IMG/VR virus record: IMGVR_UViG_2061766007_000524 | Direction: 5' to 3' (one strand) | DNA: 27,336 nt | DNA from: an uncultured virus (IMG/VR IMGVR_UViG_2061766007_000524) | Lineage: Duplodnaviria; Heunggongvirae; Uroviricota; Caudoviricetes | Part shown: piece after piece, positions 1-9,578 of the stretch | Numbering within the stretch: the first letter of the stretch is position 1 | Layout: the number at the start of each line of letters is the position of its first letter | Program-made: the position numbers and the translations under genes | Notes under the pieces: model-generated | Told to the model about the DNA's origin: nothing | The model's database searches: none | What the model saw: the letters and a program-made list of their open reading frames with translations, nothing else

Positions 1-1306
1 TCGGGTCATTGGTACTTGGGATAAGTGCTGCCAGTCCACTCTTTTGAATCTGGTCTGAAACAGCCGTAGTCGCAATGTCCGTGTTGGAGACGGTATCGCT
101 TATCGTTTGGAGCTTCATGTTTTTGAACGGTGCTGCGTACAGGCCGATACCGCTTGTATTGTTGCGGTTGAGCATGTTGTACCAGAAGCGTTCAAACAGT
201 TCCCTTTGTGACGGTGAGATTGCTACGGGGTCAGCGTTCGGAATGTTCTTCGTTTCGTAGACCGGAATCTCGCCAGTCATGATACTGGTTAACGGATTCA
301 GAATAATTTCCATCTGAGCCGCTTCGTAGTTCGGAATCGACAGCATGGAAACCATCAGCCCGGTGTTCGGCGGTACAACTGCTTCCGTTCTATCTGATAT
401 CTCAAACGTGATAACTTTATTGGCGGGAAGGTTAACCCAATAGTAATAGGTGTTGCCCGTCACATACCATTTCGGATTACCGATTGTCTTGGCAGCATTG
501 AGCTTGTTGAACAAATCCGGATTGATTGAATATCCTCTTGCTGCTCCGTTGTAGACGTATCTGCCTTTGTCCTCTACAACCTCGCTAAATATCTGGACGT
601 ATGGTTCAAACAAATCTCCGAACTGCCGCCAGTCTGTACCCGGTTGCAGGAAATACATCATGTTAAACGCAACAGTGTATTTCCCCGGCCCGTTGTTGTA
701 ACCGATAATCTTGCACCAGTCTTGCGGTAACTGTTGGAGAAAAGCGTAGTTAACTTTGTTATGGCTCTTGTCTATGGAGTAACGTGGCGTATAGAACATC
801 TTTCCATACTCTACGCACTTCCCGACAATCTCATGCCCTATCCGTTTCGGATTGATTGTCTTAACCAGCTTTTCGACAAGGAACAAATCTCTCTTTTGAG
901 TTTCTACATCCGCTTTGTTTGGTGAATAAGTCGGATGTACATACCAATCGTATGTCAATATGTCCTGATATGTTTGGAGTATCAGGTCATAGGTTTTAGT
1001 TGTAGATGCGAGGGAAGAAGATACGCTGCGAAGTTCCTGCTCGTGGTTGTTCGGGTCTTTCACCATTTCCACAAGGTCGTTCTTCGTAACGTCCTTTGGG
1101 AGCGTGTCATACGCCTTTACACGCCTGTTTTGCACGAACGGTTCAAGCAGCATTGCCGCATAACCGCCAGCTCCTACAAACGCCTTATACGCTTCCTCAA
1201 CGGGAATATCCGCAAAGTCATTAGGAAGATTCATCATTCCCCTTGCAAGGGTCGAATAAGAATCGGAAGTTCTAACTTGTGCGTTATCTTTAACTGTTTC
1301 TTCCAT
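1..1306 (-). CDS. Probable portal protein (runs off the left edge of the window; >435 aa)
   Basis: Absent from the ORF track. Hand translation from ATG at 1306 (SD GGAGGGG upstream) gives MEETVKDNAQVRTSDSYSTLARG... with no stop to the window edge. The portal call rests on size and position after the terminase. Confidence 0.65.
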   Translation of the reverse strand, partial: MEETVKDNAQVRTSDSYSTLARGMMNLPNDFADIPVEEAYKAFVGAGGYAAMLLEPFVQNRRVKAYDTLPKDVTKNDLVEMVKDPNNHEQELRSVSSSLASTTKTYDLILQTYQDILTYDWYVHPTYSPNKADVETQKRDLFLVEKLVKTINPKRIGHEIVGKCVEYGKMFYTPRYSIDKSHNKVNYAFLQQLPQDWCKIIGYNNGPGKYTVAFNMMYFLQPGTDWRQFGDLFEPYVQIFSEVVEDKGRYVYNGAARGYSINPDLFNKLNAAKTIGNPKWYVTGNTYYYWVNLPANKVITFEISDRTEAVVPPNTGLMVSMLSIPNYEAAQMEIILNPLTSIMTGEIPVYETKNIPNADPVAISPSQRELFERFWYNMLNRNNTSGIGLYAAPFKNMKLQTISDTVSNTDIATTAVSDQIQKSGLAALIPSTNDP

Positions 1307-1616
1307 TCTCACCCCTCCGCTTCATCAGTTCTGTTCTGAATCTTTCCAAAAATTCTTTATCCTGCTGTTCACGCTTTTTAGCTTCTTCCGGATGTTCTTC
1401 CATCTGTTTCCGTTGCACTTCCGGAATAACACGATTCAGCCAACTCCAATCGTCCTCTTTGAACAGATGAATAAAATCGTCTGTCATTTCGACGGTTCCT
1501 TTAGGCTGTTCTTCCGCTATCACAAGGCAATGGTCGTTATTGGCAAAGAAGAACGGATAGCGTATCAATCTTTCAACTGACTTTGAAGTTGTAACGCAGC
1601 CCCACAGTTTATTCAT
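1290..1616 (-). CDS. Hypothetical protein (108 aa) between terminase and putative portal
   Basis: ATGA overlap with the terminase stop; overlaps the next start by 17 nt. Confidence 0.7.
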   Translation of the reverse strand: MNKLWGCVTTSKSVERLIRYPFFFANNDHCLVIAEEQPKGTVEMTDDFIHLFKEDDWSWLNRVIPEVQRKQMEEHPEEAKKREQQDKEFLERFRTELMKRRGENGRNS

Positions 1617-3451
1617 CTTGATAATGCTCCTCTGCCAAGCCGCTTAACGCTTCTTGTCCTAATCGGTATGTCACTCAGTCCTGTTCCTGTATAGCTTTCA
1701 GCGTATCGTTCCCATATATTACTTTTGCGGTTCTCGTAGTAGAGTTCTTCTTTCTCAAACCGCTGTGCAAGTCTTGAAGCATACAATAGCGCCGACCATT
1801 CGTCTTTCGGGATTCTTTCGGAAATTTCTTTTTCCGTCCAACCAACGGAAGAGTATTTCTTTTGAAGGTTCGCTATCTGCTGGCAAAGCTTATTTGTTTT
1901 CAAATACGGATGCTGAATCAGTGCATCGTCTCCGTCATCCGTTATGTTGTGTTTCAACTTATAAGCTTTCGTAGCATCAACGATATTTGAAGTGAGAAGC
2001 TTTAGATTGCCGTTTTCAATCTCACGTTCTATGTAATCAAGCATTTCAGCGTTTGGGTCTCTGCCGCTCATGCCAGTTGCCTGTAGCGGATAGATGCAAG
2101 CTATTGAACCTTCCTGTTCCAATGCGTTGTACGGTTCTTCATGCGTTATCGTTGCCAGTGGTGGAAGTCCATCCCCTAAATCTCTGTGCAACTGTTCCAC
2201 AACTGATTGCCCGTAGGAACGTGCGTCCAGAATGATGAATGTTCCCTTGCAACCGTCCAGCATGTAGTCACGCCATCTGGACTTGATTATTCTTGCGTGT
2301 TCTTCTGCTGACTTCGGCGGCGCTGCATCAGTTATGTAAACACATGACTTTCTGTACCTGTCCATTTTCTCAGCAGAGTATTGCCTTTCGCACTTCAAAA
2401 CAGCCATTGCCGTCAAAGCGTTTCCGGATATGTCACGGCTTGAAACGTCGTACCCAAGAATGTAGAAGCACTCTTTATCGCCACAGTGCTTATCTTCCAT
2501 TAGCATTACTTTTCTGGAAGCTCGTAAATCGCTGTCTTTGATAATCGGGTTTGTAACCGACCCTGTGCATCGGCTTTCGCACTCTCTCATGAACTGTTCT
2601 GCCGTGAGTTGGCGTTTCAAGTTCCTGTAGTAGGCGAATGATTTCATTCTGCATAGCACGACGGTTTCCCATGGTATGCAACAGGCAAAAGCGCTCAGTC
2701 CGTTTCTCATATCATCCCGTATCGCTGAGTACACGTTAAACGCCGTGTTCTCTTTTCGTGATGCTGATGTGATGTAATGGACTTGTAGATTAACCGCTCC
2801 CCTTGTCGTGTTTCCAGCGACCTTGTATTCTTTCCGGTTAGTCGGTAAAACAATCTGGTTGAAGTTTTCCCAATCGAACACGGGGTTTTCTTCTTGTCCG
2901 CATTCTTCCGCTACCAAAGAAGATGTGTCAATTCCTCTCGGTACTCGCATTGTGAATCTTGAACCGTTTTTGTTTTCCAATACGAAACTGTTCTGCGCGT
3001 CGCTTCTTACGCTCCACAGGTTCGCCAGTATCGGCGTATTGCGGAGATATGTTGCATACGCTTTTGAAGCGATAGGCGCTGCTTGTTTCTCTGCTGGCGC
3101 GTAGTAACCTACGATTTCTCCCGGAAACAGGATGCCTTTGTTGCATCTGTCAGATACAACGCACGTTGTTTTACCAGTTCCACGGCTGGCATAGAAGAAC
3201 GTCCGTTCATTCCTTGCCATTGCTCTTTTCATCATCCGGTTGATGATTGAATTTGAAAACTCAGGGTTATCCCCTTCGCAAATGTCTTCAAGAATATCGG
3301 GATAGTATCTGAATCATTTTCAGAAAAAGGCAACTAATATCGCCCATTGGCGTGTTGCGTACTTGTCATAGTTGATTTTTTCACGGGTACTCTTGATTCT
3401 GTAGTGTCCAGTCCGCTTATCAAATATGAACTTGTTTATATTGGTTGCCAT
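1613..3451 (-). CDS. terL: Terminase large subunit; frame starts at ATG 3451 and has two in-frame UGA codons (3320-3322, 3314-3316)
   Basis: Walker A YASRGTGKT, Walker B-like LVAEECG, coupling motif ITSA, nuclease motif ILGYDVS, C-terminal KDEWSAL. The 72 codons upstream of the track's start (3235) are in frame and read MATNINKF...WAILVAFF*K*FRYYPDILEDIC. Confidence 0.9.
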
Positions 3452-3499
3452 CTTCTAATTCATCACCACCCACATTACAATCAATCTTTTGTGTTCGGT

Positions 3500-4513
3500 T
3501 TATTTCATTGGAATTAGTTGCAATTCCTTGTAATTTTGTTTTTCCTGCTTGTCCTGTTTCGGAGAAAACTCATTCATTTCATCCGTCACACGGAATCTTT
3601 TTGGTAGCCTGTCAAATTCAGCCTGTCCTTCGTTCCATCGTGTCGCGTTAATAATCTGCATCAGCATTTGGTCGGCAGCGTCACGGCACATTGGATATTT
3701 CTTGTGAAATGAATGGTTTGCAAGCATCGTTAGAAGTTCTTCTTCGTCCGGTATATTCAGTCCTGCTCTTTCAACTGCGAGGACGATATCATCCAAACGA
3801 ACAACATCATCAATCTGCTGGTCTTTCTTTCTCAGGGCTTCCGCTTCCATTTCGACCTTGATAAGGTTTCCAAGCTTTTGTGCATCAGCGTATTCTTTCT
3901 GCTGAATACATCTGTCCTGTTCCAAAGTCCATTTACAGATTTTTTGTATAGCAAGCTCTGCCTGTAGGTTCCTGTTTGGTCTTTCATCAGTCAGAGCAAT
4001 ATAAGTCTTTTCCAGAGCGGCGTAGTCATCATCGGTGTAGGGTGTGTCTTTCGGACCTCTCCCCCACATTTGAATCCTCTGTTCTTCCGGAGTAAGTTCT
4101 TCTTCTTCCTCGATGTTTTCTTCATCGACTTCCAAAGTGTGATACTCTCCGGAAAACGCTTGCTTGATGTTCGTAATCCCATCAGCAAACCCGCGCTTCT
4201 GGTATCTATCTTTATCGGCTTTTTTAGCCGCTAACACGTAACCGACCCATGGACCTCTTTTGTTTCCCGCAAGTTCCCTCGCTTCGCCAAACAAAGACGG
4301 AACGTAAGGTAGGTTCGTGATGATGCAGCAGATATACATTGCCAGCTTGTAGCCAACTATCTCGCCTATCCACATGAATATCTTCGACTGGCATTTCACA
4401 CAGTACGGTACATATCCGCTGCCAAGCTTATCCGGTAACAGCCAACTGTTATTCTCAGTCAGTTCAGTCCCGCATATAGCGCAATAACATTTTTTCTTCC
4501 CGTTGTCTGCCAT
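3500..4513 (-). CDS. Zn-finger phage protein directly upstream of terL (candidate small terminase or packaging partner)
   Basis: N-terminal CAIC...CVKC motifs, helical C-terminus, SD AAAGGA; function inferred from position only. Confidence 0.55.
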   Translation of the reverse strand: MADNGKKKCYCAICGTELTENNSWLLPDKLGSGYVPYCVKCQSKIFMWIGEIVGYKLAMYICCIITNLPYVPSLFGEARELAGNKRGPWVGYVLAAKKADKDRYQKRGFADGITNIKQAFSGEYHTLEVDEENIEEEEELTPEEQRIQMWGRGPKDTPYTDDDYAALEKTYIALTDERPNRNLQAELAIQKICKWTLEQDRCIQQKEYADAQKLGNLIKVEMEAEALRKKDQQIDDVVRLDDIVLAVERAGLNIPDEEELLTMLANHSFHKKYPMCRDAADQMLMQIINATRWNEGQAEFDRLPKRFRVTDEMNEFSPKQDKQEKQNYKELQLIPMK

Positions 4514-4590
4514 AAAATCATCCTTTTTCGGCTTGAACGTTTATAGTTATTTTTTACAATCTCGGTTCTTCATACCACATATTTTTGGAT

Positions 4591-4671
4591 AAAAAAAGGC
4601 TCATGTAATCAAAGTTTCGGGGCAAATTCGTCATTTACCGCCATATTTTGAAACACTTTGATTACATGAAC
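4591..4671 (-). terminator. Long-stem intrinsic terminator/attenuator in front of the packaging genes
   Basis: Perfect 15-bp inverted repeat TCATGTAATCAAAGT (4601-4615) / ACTTTGATTACATGA (4655-4669), an internal hairpin in the loop, then U7 on the minus strand. Confidence 0.7.
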
Positions 4672-4676
4672 ACATT

Positions 4677-5051
4677 TTACAGTGATAACTTCCAGCCAGT
4701 TACTTTTTCAAGTCTCTCTGAAATATCGTTAACACCGCTTTCGCCGATATGTGGTATCTTGATAAGGTCATACGCTCTCATGTGGCTCAGTTCGTACATC
4801 GTCCTGATTCCTGCCGCATACAGAGCTTCGTATGTTTTCGGCTTTAGTTCCAGTATGTCAATTGAAAAACCTTCCCATTCTTCCGGTTGCTTCTTGTTTT
4901 CTTCCGACAGCCACGCTTCTATTCGTTCCTTGCAGATAATGCCCTTGATGCTGACTTTATCATCCTGCCGTTCACACATTCGGCGAAACTCCATCAGAAA
5001 GTCAGCAAGTTTATCTTTGGACATTATCTGAATCATATTATATATCGTCAA
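4677..5051 (-). CDS. Protein with a C-terminal RNA polymerase alpha-CTD-like (HhH) domain
   Basis: SIDILELKPKTYEALYAAGIRTMYEL...LIKIPHIGESGVNDISERL follows the alpha-CTD pattern (IEELELSVRSYNCL..AGI.T..DL...LLK..NLG.KS..EI...L). Start uncertain; TTG at 5051 chosen. Confidence 0.75.
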   Translation of the reverse strand: MTIYNMIQIMSKDKLADFLMEFRRMCERQDDKVSIKGIICKERIEAWLSEENKKQPEEWEGFSIDILELKPKTYEALYAAGIRTMYELSHMRAYDLIKIPHIGESGVNDISERLEKVTGWKLSL

Positions 5052-6315
5052 ACCCGTCACTCCGTTCCCGTCTTGATGGAGTGTATTCAATATCTTCCGA
5101 CCTCTCTATAAACCTCTGGTATTCACCTTCAAAGTTAAGTTGAACAGTTCCAAGTTTTCCCCTTCTGTTCTTTGCCACTTTACAACCTCTCACTCCGGTT
5201 TCATTGTCCAACTTCCAAAGAAAAAGAACCTTCGATGCGTTCTGTTCCAGTTCACCGGAATCTCTCAGGTCATTCAGTTGCGGTTCCTGCGTTTCTTCCT
5301 TTCCACGGTTTAACTGTGCCAGTACAACAATTGGGATTCTCAATTCAGTCGCAAGGTTTTTCAGTTCCCTTGATATAGCTCCAAGTTCAAGATTCCTGTT
5401 CTGATATTTTCCAGCGGCTTTCAAAAGTCCTATATGGTCTACGAAGATGATTTCTGCATCCGGTATAATTCTTGCTTCTGCTCGTATCTGCTGGACTGTG
5501 ACGTTCGGTGAATCGTTTATGATGATTGGCAATCTTGACAGTTCCGCACACGCTTTTGAATATCTCGTTATCTCGTCGTTGTCCATCGTCTTGTCAATTA
5601 TATGGTCGAGTGGTATGTTTCCCCTGTTGCAGATGTATCTTTCCCCAAGCTCGTCTCTCAGCATTTCAAGTGAGAAGTAAATAGCTTTGTGACCTTTTCT
5701 TGCTGCACTTGCGGCGAAGTCTAATCCTAAAGCCGACTTGCCGACTCCCGGCCTTGCACCTATGATAATTAGATTCCCGCCGTACATTCCCTTCAAGATT
5801 CCGTCTAATCTTGGGAATCCCGTGTCAATTCTAAGCCCAAGACCTTCATTCAACTTTTCTGCTGCTTCAATCATCACGTCAAACATCGTCACGTTGTTTT
5901 TTATCTTATCGTCAAGAAAATCTTGGCACTTCTGGATGATTGACGTTGCGATAGTATCTTTCTCATAAGTGTTGAATATCTCATACACAGCATTTTGAAG
6001 TCTCCGCTCATTTGCAGCGTCGTGAATAACATGTGCATGGAGAACAACGTTATTTGACGTAGATGTTTCCAACATGCAATCAGCGACAAACTTTGTTGGA
6101 TTATCCATCATCGTCAACAGGCATTGCGGTAATAGAGCAACGTCAATCGGTTCATTGTGGATGAACTTGTCAAGCATGGTTTCGTAGAGCTTTTCACATG
6201 CGTTAATCTGAAAGTCATCAGCTTTTAGAAACGTTGCCACATCTTTCATTGCTTTAGGTTCTATGCACAAAGCTCCAATTACGTTTCTTTCCAAACTGGA
6301 ATCATAAAGCGTCAA
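5038..6315 (-). CDS. dnaB: Replicative DNA helicase, DnaB family
   Basis: GARPGVGKS, FSLEM, IFVDHIGL, LAQLNR, DLRDSGELEQNA and KNRRG motifs. Confidence 0.95.
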   Translation of the reverse strand: MTLYDSSLERNVIGALCIEPKAMKDVATFLKADDFQINACEKLYETMLDKFIHNEPIDVALLPQCLLTMMDNPTKFVADCMLETSTSNNVVLHAHVIHDAANERRLQNAVYEIFNTYEKDTIATSIIQKCQDFLDDKIKNNVTMFDVMIEAAEKLNEGLGLRIDTGFPRLDGILKGMYGGNLIIIGARPGVGKSALGLDFAASAARKGHKAIYFSLEMLRDELGERYICNRGNIPLDHIIDKTMDNDEITRYSKACAELSRLPIIINDSPNVTVQQIRAEARIIPDAEIIFVDHIGLLKAAGKYQNRNLELGAISRELKNLATELRIPIVVLAQLNRGKEETQEPQLNDLRDSGELEQNASKVLFLWKLDNETGVRGCKVAKNRRGKLGTVQLNFEGEYQRFIERSEDIEYTPSRRERSDGFDDI

Positions 6316-7433
6316 TTAAACCATCCCTCGCTTTCAGCTTTCATCATGATTTTTACATAGTGCTTTATCAGGTCTGACGGTGAAGAAATCTTTGACTTCC
6401 AAAAATCATCTTGAATTACGAAGTGCATTACTTCGGAAAGTTCTGATGGTTCGTGTCCATCTTTGATGAAGTTGTCAAACTCAGAAGCCCATTGCTGTAA
6501 TGTTTCATCGTTGACTTCCGGAATTGATGGGTACAACGAATGAATTTTATTTGACAACCATTTTGCAGCTTTCAACGGGATTTCGTTTTCACAGTAAGTT
6601 TTTTGTGAAGAGTTTGTCTCAGATGTTGATTTCTTTTTTCGATTGCGTTCCCAAGTTCTTACAGATGCTTGCCAGTCTTTCATCTTCTCCTTGCCGACTG
6701 TCCATCCCTTGCTTTGATAAAAGTCCCAAAATTCTTCCGGGTCAACACCATTATTTCTTTCAGTGCAATAATTAGCAACTTCTTCGATTGTTGGCGGGAT
6801 GTGGTTTCTCAATTTCGTTGTGCTGGAAGCTGGAACGGCAAGCTTATCTTCTCCCTGTACGTTTAATGTACTCTGTACGTTAGTAGGTTCTATAACTTCT
6901 ACACTGGTAGTTCTATTTATACTACCAGAGTTATCTGTAGATTCTGAAACAGAACTATCTACAGTAACAGAAACAGATACAGATGTCCCTATACCGTCGC
7001 CGACCGTCCATACAGGGTCGGTTTCGTCAATCATTTCTTCCCGTTTGAGTGCTTCAAAAATGTACTTTTTGAATTGAGGACATTTGATGTAAGGAAAGCT
7101 TTCTTTGATTCCCTTAATGAAATTTGGTGATTTTGTCCAGTTATATTTCGACCAGTTCAGAATCAAGATTTCTTTTGTGGCTTCACAATAAGAAATTACT
7201 TTATGAACTTCTGCCATACGCTTTATGAGCTTCTTTACTGTGTCAGCATCATATCCAAGGTCACTTGACATATTCTTGAAAGATACTTCGTAACACCCGC
7301 AGATTGTTGTTTTTGGATTTGTGAGAAGATAAAGATAGAAATACTTGTCCTCTGGTGAAAAATCATCGTTGATTTTGGAATCCGACCAGAATGTTGTATA
7401 TATAGACCGATATAACGCCATCTTTACCACCAT
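6312..7433 (-). CDS. Phage replication initiator (DnaD/replisome-organiser type)
   Basis: N-terminal FWSD...EDKYFYLYLLTNP wHTH-type domain, S/T/V-rich linker, and PPTIEEV...FWDFYQSKGW...MKDWQASVRTWE domain; coupled to dnaB. Confidence 0.85.
   Translation of the reverse strand: MVVKMALYRSIYTTFWSDSKINDDFSPEDKYFYLYLLTNPKTTICGCYEVSFKNMSSDLGYDADTVKKLIKRMAEVHKVISYCEATKEILILNWSKYNWTKSPNFIKGIKESFPYIKCPQFKKYIFEALKREEMIDETDPVWTVGDGIGTSVSVSVTVDSSVSESTDNSGSINRTTSVEVIEPTNVQSTLNVQGEDKLAVPASSTTKLRNHIPPTIEEVANYCTERNNGVDPEEFWDFYQSKGWTVGKEKMKDWQASVRTWERNRKKKSTSETNSSQKTYCENEIPLKAAKWLSNKIHSLYPSIPEVNDETLQQWASEFDNFIKDGHEPSELSEVMHFVIQDDFWKSKISSPSDLIKHYVKIMMKAESEGWFN
6857..6984. repeat. Putative replication origin inside the initiator gene
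   Basis: Clustered short repeats in the linker-coding region: CTGGTAG/CTACCAG, CTGTAGAT/ATCTACAG, tandem ACAG(A/T)(A/T). Lambda-type initiators carry ori internally. Confidence 0.35.
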
Positions 7434-7442
7434 TCCATTTCA

Positions 7443-8216
7443 TTATATGTCATAGTATGGACCGCATGAATCAAAAAACGCTTTAAGTTTATAGTCATCT
7501 ATACATTTCAGTGCTTCAATATCTAAATGATATTTTTTCATGCAAAACTCTCTGAATTGTTTATAATAATCTATATGGAAAACTACTGTACAGCACTCTG
7601 CTGATGTTATATCTTCTGGAAGGTCATCTATTGAAACAAATTTTTTGCTTTTATATATTTTGTTAATCCTGTTATAACAGATACCGCCAATTTTTTTCAA
7701 TGCGTTAAGCCAAGTTTCCCAATCCCCGCAATAATATTTGTCGAAACTTATAAAAGTAGCTTTTAGAACTTCTTCTACGCCAAATTGTTTTATTGCTTTA
7801 CGAATATGATTTTTGACTAATTCATCGTTCTCTTGAATTTCTTTTCTTGGATAATTCGAGTTAATATAATCCAAAACAGTATCAGATAATTCGTTTTCGT
7901 ATTTTATAAGTTCTTGTTTCCATTCCAAAAGCATTTCAAGTTGTTCGCGTTTCTCATTTATGATTTCAAGTTCTGCCATCTGTTTCTTTACGACAGCATT
8001 ATCGTCCAGCAACTTTTTACCTTTCCCTGAGTTGCATTCGCGGCATGATGTAACAAGATTCATGATATCATTCTCGCCACCTTCTGCTACCGGAACAATA
8101 TGGTCTACTTCCAAAACAACATCAGGTGCACTTCTTCCGCAATATTGGCATTTGAAACCGTCTCTTTTGAATACTTCAAATCTTGTCGAACGTGAAAGTG
8201 CTTTTCTGTTTCCCAT
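7443..8216 (-). CDS. HNH endonuclease-domain protein
   Basis: RFEVFKRDGFKCQYCG...LEVDHIVPVAEGGENDIMNLVTSCRECNSGKG. ATG 8216 has a GGGGG SD; the 3' half is visibly AT-rich. Confidence 0.85.
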   Translation of the reverse strand: MGNRKALSRSTRFEVFKRDGFKCQYCGRSAPDVVLEVDHIVPVAEGGENDIMNLVTSCRECNSGKGKKLLDDNAVVKKQMAELEIINEKREQLEMLLEWKQELIKYENELSDTVLDYINSNYPRKEIQENDELVKNHIRKAIKQFGVEEVLKATFISFDKYYCGDWETWLNALKKIGGICYNRINKIYKSKKFVSIDDLPEDITSAECCTVVFHIDYYKQFREFCMKKYHLDIEALKCIDDYKLKAFFDSCGPYYDI

Positions 8217-8240
8217 TTCTGTTTCCCCCATTAAAAGAAT

Positions 8241-8301
8241 AACGCAGAGTTAAGTCCCTAATTTCAGTATAAAGGTACTGTCAAGTACGAAACTCTGCGT
8301 T
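8241..8301 (-). promoter_or_regulatory. Hairpin (11-bp inverted repeat) enclosing a TTGACA-N7-TATACT motif
   Basis: AACGCAGAGTT (8241-8251) / AACTCTGCGTT (8291-8301); TTGACA at 8279-8284 and TATACT at 8266-8271 on the minus strand. Confidence 0.6.
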
Positions 8302-8312
8302 TTTAAGACTAC

Positions 8313-8714
8313 TTAAAAGATACTGTTCAGAAGTTCATCGTCTGAAACTTCGTCTGCGGTATCGTAACCGCTCCCGTTCTGCTGCTCGTTGTAGTCATCA
8401 AAGTACATCTGAGCTACTGCGAGATCGACGGTCATCTGTTCGGTGTCTTTGCCGTTCTTCTCCGTCCAATAATCGCTTTTGGTGAGAACTCCCATGACAA
8501 CAACCATGTCACCCTTCTCAAAGCGGCTCACGTACTCGGAAGACAGCTTGTTCCACGCCGTACAGCCAAGGTAAACAGCTTTGTTTTCTTCCTTGTCGAA
8601 GTCATAGGCCACGGCAAACGTTGTGTACTCTTTCCCGTTCTTCGTGTAACGGTTCTTTACGTTAGCTGCCTGACCCCATGCGATAGCCCATTTGCCAGTT
8701 CTGATAAGTCCCAT
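8313..8714 (-). CDS. ssb: Single-stranded DNA-binding protein
   Basis: OB-fold pattern (TTFAVA...CTAWNKL...KGDMVVVMG), acidic tail ending in F, follows the recombinase. Confidence 0.8.
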   Translation of the reverse strand: MGLIRTGKWAIAWGQAANVKNRYTKNGKEYTTFAVAYDFDKEENKAVYLGCTAWNKLSSEYVSRFEKGDMVVVMGVLTKSDYWTEKNGKDTEQMTVDLAVAQMYFDDYNEQQNGSGYDTADEVSDDELLNSIF

Positions 8715-8729
8715 ATATTATTCCACCTT

Positions 8730-9563
8730 TCAGTTAAAGAAGCTGTTCTGCATAGCTTCAAAGTCATCTTCCGTTTCTTCCGGTTCCTCAATCACTTCAC
8801 CAGTGGATTCATCCACTTCGGCATAGTGAGCATCATTCACAACAGAATCATCATAGCGAGGTTTCTCCGGTGTAGGAGCTGCTGTCGGCATATCAATAAC
8901 GTCTTTCACTTCGGAAGAAAGAGTTTCTTCGGCTTCTCCAAATTCTTCCGCAGCATACGTGCCTTGAAATTCTTCCGTCATTGCTTCCTTCAATGCTCTG
9001 ACGATTGCGACCTTCTCAATCATGATACATGTCTTGCTTTTCCAAGTGGATTGCAGATTTCCGTCTTTGTCTTTCTTGGCATATTCGTCAAGTGCGGCAG
9101 TTACAGTCACAGGGTATTTGAGATTCGCCATGTAGACCTTGCACCAGCCGCCAAGAAGTTCTTCGTCTTTCAGCTTAATTGTGCCAGTACGCATTTCAAC
9201 TTTACCTTCACGGTTCAGCACGACAATGCCGTTCTCCTTGCCAAGATAGTTGGGGTTCTTGTTGGCACGTTTGGTATAGTAATCCTTGCTGATAATGACT
9301 TGCGGTGTGCCATCGTACTTGATGAAAAAGCAATCTTTCGCAATCGGGTTCAATCCTCTTGCCATGCTGAGATTCATCAAAGACCAGCATTCTTCCGGAG
9401 TGAAGTCCTGCTTCGGAGCAAGATAGTTGTTTACAATGTACGCAGACAGTTTGACGGGCTTCCCGTCAATGTCATTGTACGACACGTCTTGAATCGCATC
9501 CTGCTTCCGGACGGCAATCCCCTGTTTGTTTGCAGAAGGTCTCTGCGGTGCTGTAGCTCTCAT
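8730..9563 (-). CDS. bet: Single-strand annealing recombinase, Bet/RecT family
   Basis: GLNPIAKDCFFIKY, LLGGWCKVY, W....CIMIEKVAIVRALKEA, GTYAAEE motifs. Confidence 0.9.
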   Translation of the reverse strand: MRATAPQRPSANKQGIAVRKQDAIQDVSYNDIDGKPVKLSAYIVNNYLAPKQDFTPEECWSLMNLSMARGLNPIAKDCFFIKYDGTPQVIISKDYYTKRANKNPNYLGKENGIVVLNREGKVEMRTGTIKLKDEELLGGWCKVYMANLKYPVTVTAALDEYAKKDKDGNLQSTWKSKTCIMIEKVAIVRALKEAMTEEFQGTYAAEEFGEAEETLSSEVKDVIDMPTAAPTPEKPRYDDSVVNDAHYAEVDESTGEVIEEPEETEDDFEAMQNSFFN

Positions 9564-9578
9564 GTTCTATTTCCCCTT

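Noticed and set aside
3314..3322. Genome-wide UGA reassignment (e.g. to Trp) as the explanation for the terL stops
   Set aside because: UGA terminates many genes here with tight ATGA overlaps (terL itself, the helicase, YqaJ), and Trp is encoded by UGG throughout.
4540..4559. Fourth short-spacer promoter TTGTAA-N8-TATAAA before the packaging genes
   Set aside because: Both hexamers and the spacing deviate from the three-copy motif, in AT-rich DNA where chance matches are likely.
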